64,000 nucleotides of DNA. Source: Alphaproteobacteria bacterium. GTDB taxonomy: Bacteria > Pseudomonadota > Alphaproteobacteria > SHVV01. The translations under genes and the position numbers were made by a program. This document shows positions 1-9,111 of the stretch, in pieces. Each line of letters begins with the position of its first letter. Within the stretch, counting starts at the first letter, position 1. Below the pieces are notes generated by a model. It saw nothing but the letters and a program-made list of their open reading frames with translations, did no database searches and was not told the origin of the DNA. Where the stretch lies: assembly GCA_965261735.1 (NCBI GenBank), contig OZ253470.1:896001-960000 (forward strand), given 5' to 3'.

Positions 1-454
1 GGAGCTTGTGGAGAATTTGAAAGGCCGTCTCGTAGCGCGAAAGACCAAGTTGCCGCTGAAACTGCACGGCGGACATGCCGGGCGTCTGACTGGCGACCAG
101 ATAAGCGGCCCAGAACCAGACGTTCAGCGGAGTGTGGCTACGCTCCATCACTGTTCCCACCGTCAGCCCGGTGTTCTGGCGGCACTTGCGGCAGCGCAGG
201 ACGCCAGGGCGGTTTTCAAAGTGGAACGGCTCTCCCGCCGTGCCGCAGTGCGGGCAGGCAAAGCCGTCTCCCCAGCGGGCTTTCTCCAGGTAGGCGGCGC
301 AGGCCGCATCATCGGGGAAAAGTCGCTGGAACTCGGGTAGCGAATGCGGGAATGGGAGATCGGCGCGGTCGAGAACATCCATGGCGCGCTCCCCTATATC
401 CGGGTTGCGCCCATTCTAGCCCTAGTGGGTGTGGGTGTAAACCGGATAGGCAAG
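1..454 (-). mobile_element. IS1595-family IS, copy 1 (partial, runs off window); transposase N-terminus 382->1
   Basis: Near-identical to 18473-18926. Terminal repeat AACCGGATAGGCAAG ends at 454. Zn-ribbon CPHCG...RCRKC. Open CAA codon where copy 2 has TAA. Confidence 0.9.
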
Positions 455-476
455 GAATGAACCAAGGGGTAGTGCA

Positions 477-1355
477 TCATTTTGAAATTTTGTTGTAAGT
501 CTTAGGCCGACCCGGCTTCGGTGCGCGTTCGTCCATGATACGCACCAAGTCTTCCATGTCCCATATCGTCTCGCTTAAGCTCGCCTCCATGGCCGGCGTG
601 ACGCGAAGCGTTTTGTGGATGCGAATGAAATTATACCAAACGGTGTAGAGCGCGACCATGTGCATGTGGTTCTCGATCTTCTTTGAAAACCCATTCGTCA
701 GCCGCGTAAAGCGGCGCATCTGCATCCGCATGGTGAGGTTCTGGCGCTCCACAAACGATGTGCTGATGTGCTTCTCGTCGGGCTGGCCTTCAACGGTCCG
801 CTTCACAATGCCAGTACAATCGGCTGGACTGTAGCGGCCCTTGAAAGTTTCTGGTGCGTTGCCATACACCTTGATCAGTTGCGCATAGTCGATATCGGCC
901 CCAAACGAACCCTCAATTGCTTCTAGGTATGCCTTATGGCCGTCAGTCGTCATCTGAACACGATTGGCCAGTCGCGAAGCAACATCACCCATAAAGGAGT
1001 TCGCATATTCGGCATCCCGACCGCCAACCATCGAAGACACAATCAACTTGGTGTCTGCGTCAAGGGCGGTCCAGGTCCAAGTATCGCCTGCTTCTTGAGG
1101 GGCGGCCTTTGCCGTCGCCACGTTCTTTTGCTTGGCGTAGGTGAAGCTCCATACTTCGTCGCACTGGATGCGGCTGGCGGTGACGCCTTGCACCAGCTCG
1201 TCGTGAAGGTCGGCGCAAACCTTCCCGGCATCGGTCAGCAGCTTGGCGACGGTGTTGAAACTCACATCGGCCAGCCGGGCGGTTGCCCGCATGGACTGCC
1301 CTTCGCAAAGCATGTTCAGGATCAGGGAGCGGGTCTTGAGAGGCATTTTGTTCAT
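477..1355 (-). CDS. IS1-family DDE transposase (no N-terminal Zn finger)
   Basis: HTH N-terminus; QCDEVWSF, TTDG, TSFVERQNLTMRMQMRRFTRLTNGFSKK motifs. Confidence 0.9.
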   Translation of the reverse strand: MNKMPLKTRSLILNMLCEGQSMRATARLADVSFNTVAKLLTDAGKVCADLHDELVQGVTASRIQCDEVWSFTYAKQKNVATAKAAPQEAGDTWTWTALDADTKLIVSSMVGGRDAEYANSFMGDVASRLANRVQMTTDGHKAYLEAIEGSFGADIDYAQLIKVYGNAPETFKGRYSPADCTGIVKRTVEGQPDEKHISTSFVERQNLTMRMQMRRFTRLTNGFSKKIENHMHMVALYTVWYNFIRIHKTLRVTPAMEASLSETIWDMEDLVRIMDERAPKPGRPKTYNKISK

Positions 1356-1466
1356 GCCCCTAATATATGAATAAAGATGCCTACCGTCAAGCTCACTGAG
1401 TCATTATTACACTGCGTGTGACGTTGTAATTGACAGACCCAGAGCGGTACCGATATATAGGCGGCC

Positions 1467-1763
1467 ATGGAGGTCGAGTTCGATGACGATGACCTGGATC
1501 AGCTTGAGACAGACCCTCGGGCCACGGCGGGATTCCCCGCTGGAGTGGTCCGAGGCTTTCGGAAGGCGATGCAGGTCATTCGTGGAGCCGCCGATGAGCG
1601 CGATCTTTATGCCATGCGTTGACTTCGGTTTGAGAAGCTCGAAGGTAAGCGTAAGGGCCAGTTCTCGTTGCGATGCAACGATCAATACCGGCTAATCATC
1701 GAGCTGGTAGGGAAAAGCAGTGATAAGACAGTGAGATTGATTGAGGTTGTCGACTACCACTAG
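1467..1763 (+). pseudogene. higB: HigB/RelE-family toxin with in-frame TGA at codon 52 (1620-1622)
   Basis: Manual translation MEVEFDDDDL...DERDLYAMR*LRFEKLEGKRKGQFSLRCNDQYRLI...EVVDYH. C-terminal DYH is typical of HigB. Absent from the ORF track. Confidence 0.85.
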
Positions 1764-1782
1764 GGAAAAAGGGGAGGAAGAG

Positions 1783-2907
1783 ATGAACGAGCGAATCCCG
1801 GCCGAAGTGTTCCCCCCTGGCGAGTTTTTGCGGGACGAGTTAGAGGCTCGGGGCTGGACACAAACAGAGTTTGCCGAAATCATTAGCCGTCCTACTAGGC
1901 TGGTGAACGAAATAATTGCCGGAAAGCGCGGTATCACACCCGATACTGCCCGGGGGCTTGCCGCTGCGCTCGGTACCAGTGCGCAGCTTTGGATGAACAT
2001 GGAAACGTCATACCAGCTCTCGAAAGCTGCGCCCGCATCGGAAGGCATTGCTCGTTCTGGTCGCCTCAGAGAGAGGTTCCCTGTGCGCGAAATGATCAAG
2101 CGCGGATGGATCGAGGCATCGGAAAACGTTGAGGTTTTGGAAATGCGTGTACTCGACTACTTCCAGATCAAGGATGTGAATGACGATGTTAGGTTTTCAC
2201 ATGCTGCTCGCAAGAATGATAACGCTGATAAAACGGACTTGCAGCTAGCTTGGCTGTTCAGAGTCCGCCAATTAGCGTCCGCGCTGCAAGTTCAAAAGTA
2301 TTCCAAGAAATCCCTGCTGGAGGCTCTTGATGATCTTGAGGGTCTGATGGGAGCGCCGGAAGAAATTCGGTACGTCCCGCGCATCCTTTCCGCGGCTGGC
2401 GTCAGGCTCGTAATTGTTGAGGCGGTCCCTGGTTCGGAGATTCAGGGCGTATGTTTCTGGATAAATGATGAGAGGTCGCCAGTTATCGGCCTGTCGCTAT
2501 CATACGGGCGAATCGATAATGCGTGGTTCAATATCCGCCATGAGATTGAGCATGTGTTGAACGGTGATGGAAAGACTTATCCCATCTTGGACGATAGCAA
2601 GGCCCTTATCGACACGCCTGACCAGTCGGACGAAGAACGACTGGCAAATGAGGCAGCAGCAGAGTTTTGTGTCCCGAAGCAGAAGATGGACGACTTTGTT
2701 GCACGGCTAGACCCGATGTACTTAACCGCGAATTTCTTGGGTTTCGCGCGTCTCGTCAACAGACATCCCGGCATTGTCGCCGGGCAGCTTCAGCGCAGGA
2801 CGGGACGGTGGGACCTGTTTCGCAAATTCCAAACCGATGTCCGTAGAGAGCTAGTAGATGCGGCGCTGACGGACGGCTTCGGGCGAATTGCGCCTGCGGT
2901 TATTTAG
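1783..2907 (+). CDS. higA: HigA-family XRE antitoxin fused to an ImmA/IrrE (M78) metallopeptidase domain
   Basis: PPGEFLRDELEARGWTQ HTH; HEIEH zinc motif followed by EERLANEAAAEF; RBS GGAGG. Confidence 0.85.
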   Translation: MNERIPAEVFPPGEFLRDELEARGWTQTEFAEIISRPTRLVNEIIAGKRGITPDTARGLAAALGTSAQLWMNMETSYQLSKAAPASEGIARSGRLRERFPVREMIKRGWIEASENVEVLEMRVLDYFQIKDVNDDVRFSHAARKNDNADKTDLQLAWLFRVRQLASALQVQKYSKKSLLEALDDLEGLMGAPEEIRYVPRILSAAGVRLVIVEAVPGSEIQGVCFWINDERSPVIGLSLSYGRIDNAWFNIRHEIEHVLNGDGKTYPILDDSKALIDTPDQSDEERLANEAAAEFCVPKQKMDDFVARLDPMYLTANFLGFARLVNRHPGIVAGQLQRRTGRWDLFRKFQTDVRRELVDAALTDGFGRIAPAVI

Positions 2908-2918
2908 GAGAAAGCTAA

Positions 2919-3377
2919 GTGCCTACTTACGTGAAGAAGATGCAGAGCATCGTTTCGCACTACCGACTTGCTGGGCAGCCTTGGCCCGCGCCCGCGAAGG
3001 CAATCGCCGAGTGGGCGATTGATCGAGGGCTTTGGGATCTGCCAGCGTCCGCCGCGCTTGCTAAGTGCGGCGAGGACGTTTCGCGAGCAATGCGTGAAGA
3101 ATATGTCACTGACGCCAAGGGGCGCCGCGTTCGCGTGAAGCACACTGCGACGATCCGGAGACACGGCGAACAAATGGTGCTTTGGGATGACATGCGCACA
3201 GCAAGTCGCCAGCACATGCAACTGTCGTTTCAGCAAAGACGCCACCAGATCGTCGGAGACTGTCGCCAGCTACAGGTTGATGTCGAGAGCTACAACGACC
3301 TGCACTCAGATGATCGGCCAATTCAGATGGTCTTTGATTTCACGATGGACCTAGCTGAATTGGATGCAGCAGCCTAG
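2919..3377 (+). CDS. Hypothetical passenger protein (152 aa)
   Basis: RBS AGGAG, 11 nt after the higA stop; protein-like composition; ends LDAAA. Confidence 0.7.
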   Translation: MPTYVKKMQSIVSHYRLAGQPWPAPAKAIAEWAIDRGLWDLPASAALAKCGEDVSRAMREEYVTDAKGRRVRVKHTATIRRHGEQMVLWDDMRTASRQHMQLSFQQRRHQIVGDCRQLQVDVESYNDLHSDDRPIQMVFDFTMDLAELDAAA

Positions 3378-3613
3378 CCGCCAGCCTTGCGCCATCTAGC
3401 CTGGGCTGCCAGTCTGGCAATGTCTTCCCGCTGTTCCGGCGTCAGCTTCTTGGCACGAGCCTTGCCACCCTTCGCCCCCAGCGCCTTGGCAGCCGGGTCC
3501 TTGCCGTCGTCCTCGTACTCTTCCTCTTCCTCGCCGGTCGCGATCCGCATCACCTTGACGGCGTTCGAGACGACATCGCGGGGGCGCTTCTGCCCCTGAG
3601 GTCCCTTAGGCAT
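3374..3613 (-). CDS. Small basic IS1-associated accessory protein (KGG-like motif)
   Basis: MPKGPQGQKRP...ALGAKGGKARAKKLTPEQR; lies just inside the right TIR, co-oriented with the transposase. Confidence 0.7.
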   Translation of the reverse strand: MPKGPQGQKRPRDVVSNAVKVMRIATGEEEEEYEDDGKDPAAKALGAKGGKARAKKLTPEQREDIARLAAQARWRKAGG

Positions 3614-3695
3614 GGCTGGCTCTCCCTATGCTTCCCGCTAAGCATAGGGCAAGGCGGCGCTCCGTGGTAGGCAGATTTCAAAATGATGCACTACC

Positions 3696-4426
3696 AACCA
3701 AGGCGTTGGCAGGGAAGGTGCCATGATTTCCAGCACTGTCGTGGGGTCCGGCCGAGTGGATCGTCGGCATGTTAGAAACTGTCGACGAGGGAGAGGTGGG
3801 TTGATTCGCGTCATCTGCCCAGCATGTAAAATGTAAAGTCGAACTTGCTCCGATGCCGCTGTCGCTCACGACGTTGATCTTCAATCCACCACCACCAGCG
3901 TCTTGCTTGCCAAGCGAAACGAAGGTGTCGGTTTCCGTCGTCCCTGTAAGACCGTGCGAAACGTCGCTTGATTTCAGCGAGACAATTTCGTTGTCGAATG
4001 CCCCCTGATCTATGGTCAAGCCCTGACTGAGTTTGGTATTGGTCTGCGTCGCACCTATGAAGAACTTTTACCCACGATCGAGGCGACTTCCGTCCCGCCG
4101 GTATCGAAGCGGATGATGTCCTCGTCGGCCGCTTCTTCGACCTGAACGCCGGTATCGAAGTCGGCATCCCACAGCACCGCCGCGCCGGCGATGTTCGACG
4201 ACTTGTTGACGTGGAACAGCGCGATATGGTCCGTGCGGTCGTACATCTTCGCCGTCCAGGAGTTGGAGGCGTCGTTGGTGTCGTCGACCCACACCAGGCC
4301 CGTGAACACGCCGGCCGGCGCACCCGTCGACTTGTTGGTCGAGCGGATGGCCGCCAGCGCGTTGTTGAGGTCGGATCGGAAGGCCGCACCGGCCTGATTG
4401 TCGATAACGTAGTTTTTGTAGATCAC
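3696..4426 (-). pseudogene. Phage tail-fibre/virion structural protein remnant, frameshifted (~4065) and interrupted by the IS1 element
   Basis: NYVIDNQAGAAFRSDLNNALAAI N-terminus; continues in a second frame as FFIGATQTNTKLSQGLTIDQGAFDNEIVSLKSSDV. Confidence 0.6.
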
Positions 4427-4748
4427 CGTCGAGCCAGGTGAGCCAGCCGAGCGCCTCGTCGAGGCGGTCGATCTCGCGCAGCTCAGCTGGAATGTTGGAG
4501 GCGCGCCTCAATGTCGCGCGCTCGGCCTCGGTGTTGAAGGACTCGATGGTTTGGCGCAGGACCTCGGGCCAGCTCGTTTGCGGCTGCTTGGGGCCGCGGG
4601 CCGGGTCGGGCAGGCGCCGTAGCGTCTCGGCCGCGGCCTCGAGCCGCTCGATCACGTGTTCGGCCGTCCGTGCGGCCCCGGAGCTCGGGGCCGCACGGTT
4701 GCCCGCGAGGCGCGGGTCGGTCGTGGCCGCAGCGCTCGCGCGGATCAT
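4420..4748 (-). pseudogene. DUF6362-like prophage protein, 3'-truncated
   Basis: VIERLEAAAETLRRLP...SWPE...IDRLDEALGWLTWL, then abrupt junction into the tail gene. Confidence 0.55.
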
Positions 4749-5397
4749 GGGTGCTCGGCCTCGATGGAAGCCGCGGCGGCGAGCCAGACGCGAACCCGGC
4801 GGGCGAAGGCCGTCGTCGAGCGGCGGTCGTAGCAGCGGAAATAGTGCGCACGGCAATAGGAATGACGGAAAACCGGGCGGCCGCATTTGTCGGCATCGGC
4901 GCGCGGCTCCCCCCGTGGATAAACTGGCAGGTGGTGGGCGGCGGTGCCTCGAAACCGCGCCAGATGTCGAGAGGAATCTCGTCGGCGCCGGCGTCCGACT
5001 CATCGCCCTCGTCGGCCGCATCGTCAGCCGCGGCCGCGCCCGGATTGCTGGCAGCGGTGCCCGCTTTCAACGACGCGGGTGTCGGGCCGGCCGCCGATGG
5101 CTCGGTACCGGCGCGCGGATCGTAGGTCGCGCCGCTGCCGTCGAGCAGGGTGATCACGCACGGCAGCGGGCCGCGGGCGACGACGGTGATCGCGCCCTTG
5201 GCCTGGAGACTCCGCATGACGTGCGATATGCCGGGCACGTCGGGGCTGCTGATCCGTGCCGCGAAGGCCGCGTTAGGGGGGCACGGCCGGTGCACGCGCG
5301 CCACCTCGCGTATGATGTCGAGGACCGCCGCCTCGCGTCACGTCAACGGGACGCCGCCTGATACCGCCTCGCGCCGCGTTGAGGAGGGACCGCTCAT
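4745..5397 (-). pseudogene. Phage regulator: LexA-like HTH N-terminus plus GcrA-like Cys/His C-terminus; nonsense codon and frameshift
   Basis: LT*REAAVLDIIRE (TGA 5338-5340). After a shift in the C6 run at 4909-4914 it reads TCQFIHGEP..KCGRP..SYCRAHYFRC. Confidence 0.5.
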
Positions 5398-5428
5398 TAC
5401 CAACCCGCGCGCGTCGAGGAGGCGCCGC

Positions 5429-5638
5429 TCAATGTCGCCCCGCCGCGAGCCGAGCCAGATCGTCGAGCGAAATCGCCAGCCCGCGCCGCCGCGCCGCTTC
5501 GATCACCGCGACCCAGTGCCACGAGGGGATGCTGTCGCGCTGGTTCCAAGCGCTCGCCAGGCCAGTCGTTACGCCGACCTCCTCGGCGAAGCAGCGCACC
5601 AGCGGCCAGGATTTGATGATATCGCTGAAGCTGTCCAT
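5429..5638 (-). CDS. Cro-like phage DNA-binding protein
   Basis: 69 aa, divergent from the S24 repressor; AWNQRDSIPSWHW motif. Confidence 0.7.
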   Translation of the reverse strand: MDSFSDIIKSWPLVRCFAEEVGVTTGLASAWNQRDSIPSWHWVAVIEAARRRGLAISLDDLARLAAGRH

Positions 5639-5639
5639 A

Positions 5640-5712
5640 ACAAAACGATACATGACGATACGACGCGTGTCAATACATCTAGTACCGTGCTATCCGTTGG
5701 CGAGGCGCTACA
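5640..5712. promoter_or_regulatory. cI/cro divergent control region (PR-like promoter, candidate operators)
   Basis: Minus-strand TTGACA-N17-TATCGT pointing at cro; repeated ATAC half-sites. Confidence 0.5.
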
Positions 5713-6411
5713 ATGCATGTTGTGTTGGACACGCCCCATAGCCGCCTGCGCCGCCTGCGCGAGCAGGCGGGTTACGCCACCGCCGCCGACTTCGCGCGCG
5801 CGCGCGGCCTCGAGGAAGGGACCTACCGCTCGCACGAGAACGGCAGCCGCGGAATCCGCTTTCGCACCGCCATGACTTATGTCCAAGCGCTTGATGCGCG
5901 CCCGCCCGATCAAGTCGCGGTGTGGATCCTCGACGGCGGCCCCGAGCCGGAGCTCGCGATGCCCTCGGCGCTGGCCGTCGTCACCGCCTTCGAGGACGAG
6001 TTCGCGCTGATCGCCGACTACGACATCCGCGCCGGCGCCGGCGGCGGCGCCGTGTTCGACGAAGAGAACATGATCGAACGCCTCGCTTTCCGGCGCCAAT
6101 GGTTGCGCCGTGTCACCAACGCGCCGCTCGACATGTTGGGCGTCATCCAGGCCCACGGCGACAGCATGGAACCGACCCTGCACAGCGGCGACCACCTCCT
6201 GGTCGACCGCGCCGACACCAATCCGCGGCGCGACGGCATCTACGTGATCTCCTGGGACGGCGCCATCAACGTCAAGCGGGTCACCGTCGATTACGCTAGC
6301 AAGACCCTGTCCGTCTCCAGCGACAACCCGCTCCACCCAACGAACCAGGGCGTTCATCCCGACGCGCTGACGGTCTTGGGGCGCGTCGTCTGGATCGGCC
6401 GCCGACTGTAG
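5713..6411 (+). CDS. CI-like phage repressor (XRE HTH plus S24 peptidase)
   Basis: TYRSHENGSRG HTH; RAGAG cleavage site; GDSMEP catalytic Ser; VKR Lys; GRVVW end. Confidence 0.9.
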   Translation: MHVVLDTPHSRLRRLREQAGYATAADFARARGLEEGTYRSHENGSRGIRFRTAMTYVQALDARPPDQVAVWILDGGPEPELAMPSALAVVTAFEDEFALIADYDIRAGAGGGAVFDEENMIERLAFRRQWLRRVTNAPLDMLGVIQAHGDSMEPTLHSGDHLLVDRADTNPRRDGIYVISWDGAINVKRVTVDYASKTLSVSSDNPLHPTNQGVHPDALTVLGRVVWIGRRL

Positions 6412-6443
6412 CCCTTGCCATCATGCGTGGGGGCGATGCGTAA

Positions 6444-6482
6444 CAATACGTATTGACATTTATGCGGTGCGTGTTGTATCCT
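6444..6482 (+). promoter_or_regulatory. PL-like promoter with palindromic operator
   Basis: 12-bp palindrome CAATACGTATTG overlapping TTGACA-N18-TATCCT. Confidence 0.5.
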
Positions 6483-6511
6483 TCGCACGTGAATGCGGCG
6501 GATACAAGCGC

Positions 6512-6817
6512 ATGAGCGGCTCCCCGGATCAGCTCTGGATCAACCTGTTCGCCGGCGCGGACGGCGTGGTTCGCTGCCGCACCGCCCATCCACGCCAGGA
6601 CGCGGCACTTGCCGAGCTGCGCGCGCGCCGCTCCGTCGCGCGCACCGACTACGTCGGCACGCTTTGGTCGGTGCGCAGCGTCGATGGCCGCCGCTTCGGA
6701 TTTCTCGATTTGCGCGACGAGGCCGCTGAGGCGCGGCGACACGCCCGGGCACAGTCGCGGCCGGCTCCCGTCGCGCCCGATGCCGAGAGCAAAGACGCAG
6801 GAGCGCCGCGTGTTTAG
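6512..6817 (+). CDS. Hypothetical phage early protein
   Basis: First ORF after the PL-like promoter; stop overlaps the start of the Rad52 gene. Confidence 0.5.
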   Translation: MSGSPDQLWINLFAGADGVVRCRTAHPRQDAALAELRARRSVARTDYVGTLWSVRSVDGRRFGFLDLRDEAAEARRHARAQSRPAPVAPDAESKDAGAPRV

Positions 6818-7439
6818 CGCGGCGCAGAACGCGGCATTAGGCGCCCAGCTCGCCGCGCGCCACGTGCGCCTCCGCCGCCGGCGCGGACGCGACATCGCCT
6901 ACGTCGCCGGCTGGCACGCCATCGCCGAGGCCAACCGCATCTTCGGCTTCGATGCCTGGTCGCGCGAGACGGTGGAGGCGCGGTGCGTGAGCGAGGACCG
7001 TTGCGCCGACGTGAACGGCGCCGCCACCCATCGTTGCGCCTATGTGGCGCGGGTCCGGGTCACGGTCGATGCCGGCGGCGGCCGAGTCCTCGTCCGCGAG
7101 GGCAGTGGCGCCGGCCACGGCCTCGCTGCCGCGCCCGGAGAGGCCCACGAGGCGGCGCTCAAGGAGGCCGAGACCGACGCCATGAAGCGGGCGCTCGTAA
7201 CGTTCGGCAGCCCCTTCGGACTCGCCCTCTACGACCCGGCGCGGCGCGAAGTGGCGCCGCCTGAGACCGCAGCCTCGGCGCTCGCCTGCGGCCTCGATAC
7301 GGCCGCCAGCCTGGACGAGCTCGCGCACCGCTGGGCCGCGTGCCGCGCCGGCCTGCGCGCCCGCCCCGCGGCCGAACGCAGCCGCCTGGAGGCGCTCAAG
7401 AACAGCCGCAAGGCGGCGCTGCTGCGCGGCGTAGCGTGA
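6810..7439 (+). CDS. Rad52/Sak-family ssDNA-annealing recombinase
   Basis: YVAGWHAIAEANRIFGFDAW...REGSGAG...ALKEAETDAMKRALVTFG.PFGLALYD. Confidence 0.9.
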   Translation: MFSAAQNAALGAQLAARHVRLRRRRGRDIAYVAGWHAIAEANRIFGFDAWSRETVEARCVSEDRCADVNGAATHRCAYVARVRVTVDAGGGRVLVREGSGAGHGLAAAPGEAHEAALKEAETDAMKRALVTFGSPFGLALYDPARREVAPPETAASALACGLDTAASLDELAHRWAACRAGLRARPAAERSRLEALKNSRKAALLRGVA

Positions 7440-7445
7440 TCCGCA

Positions 7446-7774
7446 TGGCCGGCCTCGCTCCCAACGCCATTCACGAGCGCTTACGCAAGACGGGCCAAGC
7501 ATGGGCCGAGCGAGCCGCGGCCGCCGAGTGGCTCGAGGCGGCCCGCAAGCCCCTGCTCGCCGAGCTCACGCTACGGCACCTCGAGGGCACGACGCGGGCG
7601 ATGGCCGAAACCCGCGCGCTCGCGAGCCCGGCTTACCGCGACCACCTCGCGGCGCTGGTGGCGGCGCGGAGCGACGAGCGCCACGCCCGCGCCGCCTATG
7701 AGTGCGCGCGCGCGCCTGGTGCGAGCTGGTGCGCACCCGCGAGGCCACGCCGGGCCGAGCTCGCCCTGCTGTGA
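7446..7774 (+). pseudogene. Phage hypothetical helical protein with probable C-terminal frameshifts
   Basis: AETRALASPAYRDHL; frame disturbance at the (GC)n run near 7705-7716. Confidence 0.4.
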
Positions 7775-7808
7775 GGGCGGGCCCGGCTCCACTAGCCGGC
7801 GGCGCCTG

Positions 7809-8162
7809 CTACATCGGATCGAGTTCGCGCAGCACGACCGAGCCGCCGAACTCGAGGTGCGGGCAGCTCTTGGTGAGCTCGACGGCCTCGTCGTAGCCGC
7901 CGGCCTCGATGATGAAATAGCCGCCAATTACCTCTTGCGTCTTGGCCGAGGGGCCGTCGGTCGTCACGACCTGGCCACCGTTCGCGCGCAGGGTGCGGCC
8001 GGCATCGTCGGCCAGCTTGTTGCCGCCGGCGAGCTTGCCCGCCTTGCCCATTTTCTCGCTCCACTGGCGATACTTCTCGATCACCGCCCCGTATTGCTCG
8101 GGTGTGGGCTGGGGACCGGCCTGCTGCGCCGGATTGTTGAGCAGCATGATGTATTGCGCCAT
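7809..8162 (-). CDS. YciI-family protein
   Basis: VTTDGPSAKTQEVIGGYFIIEA..YDEA..CPHLEFGGSV. Confidence 0.85.
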   Translation of the reverse strand: MAQYIMLLNNPAQQAGPQPTPEQYGAVIEKYRQWSEKMGKAGKLAGGNKLADDAGRTLRANGGQVVTTDGPSAKTQEVIGGYFIIEAGGYDEAVELTKSCPHLEFGGSVVLRELDPM

Positions 8163-8262
8163 GGGGTACCTCTCCTGTCTCGGGTTGCCGATACCCATAA
8201 GACGAACGGGGAGGCCCGCCTTCGACAGACTCGGAGAGTTTTTTGGCGGCGGCCCGGCCGGC

Positions 8263-9111
8263 CTAGTGCGCCATGAGGACGGACACTTCCGCGTTGGCGA
8301 GGATGTAACTGGTGGCGCCACCGAAAATCATCTGGCGCAGGCGGCTCTGCGTATAGGCGCCCTTGATCAGGAGATCGGCCCCGAGCGACGCGGTCTGCTG
8401 GAGGATGGCTTCGCCGGAGGCGCGCTTGTCCGCGGGCACGTTGACAGCGCGTGCGGGAACGCCGTGGCGCAGCAGCGCGGTCGTCACCTCGGCCGCGCTC
8501 GGGCCCGGCACCGCCCAATGCTCGAACCCCATCACCACGACGCTTGCGGCCTGAGTGAGGAAGGGCAGCGCGAGCGTCACCGCCCGCGCGGTTTCGGTGC
8601 TGCCGTTCCAGGCGATCGCGACGGTTTCGCCCAATAGGGTGGGCGGGGTCGGCGGCGCGAGAAGAATGGGATGGCCGCTCTCGAACAGCGCCGCCTCGAG
8701 AGTGCTCATGCCCGGCGCGGCGGCGCCACGGACCGGCCGCCCGACCACGATCAGGTCGAACACACGGCCACGGCTCGCGACCACGTCGTCGCCCGGCGAG
8801 ACCTCCTCGCGCCAACCGGCCGAGGGCTCGTCCGTCGGCTGCGCGGATTCGCCCCGGGGCACGCCGTTGTCGCGCATGAACGCATCGAAGAATTCGCGGT
8901 CGCGCTCGGTCCGCGCCGCATCCTCACGCTCGAAGCTGCGTACCAGCGTCGCGGTGCCACCCAGGGCATCGGCGGAGACCACCTCGACCAGGGCCGGGCG
9001 GACGTGCAGCCCTTCGATATAGCATCCGAATCGGCGGGCGACGAGGAGCGCGGTCTCAAGCATGGAGCGCAGGGCATCGCCACCCTCCACGGGGACGAGT
9101 ATCGATTTCAT
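8263..9111 (-). CDS. Universal stress protein (tandem USP)
   Basis: MKSILVP; AIAWNGSTETARA; GAYTQSRLRQMIFGGAT. Confidence 0.9.
   Translation of the reverse strand: MKSILVPVEGGDALRSMLETALLVARRFGCYIEGLHVRPALVEVVSADALGGTATLVRSFEREDAARTERDREFFDAFMRDNGVPRGESAQPTDEPSAGWREEVSPGDDVVASRGRVFDLIVVGRPVRGAAAPGMSTLEAALFESGHPILLAPPTPPTLLGETVAIAWNGSTETARAVTLALPFLTQAASVVVMGFEHWAVPGPSAAEVTTALLRHGVPARAVNVPADKRASGEAILQQTASLGADLLIKGAYTQSRLRQMIFGGATSYILANAEVSVLMAH

Larger units (their letters stand above)
468..3695 (-). mobile_element. IS1-family (ISMhu11-like) transporter IS with passenger genes, 3228 bp
   Basis: Perfect 21-bp TIR GGTAGTGCATCATTTTGAAAT at 468-488 and its inverse at 3675-3695. 8-bp TSD AACCAAGG at 460-467 and 3696-3703. 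Confidence 0.93.

Noticed and set aside
1620-1622. higB TGA as selenocysteine
   Set aside because: The position corresponds to Gly/Ser in a non-redox toxin, not a catalytic Cys; no convincing SECIS spacing.
5338-5340. TGA in the phage HTH gene as recoding
   Set aside because: The same gene also has a frameshift; CGA-to-TGA decay is simpler.
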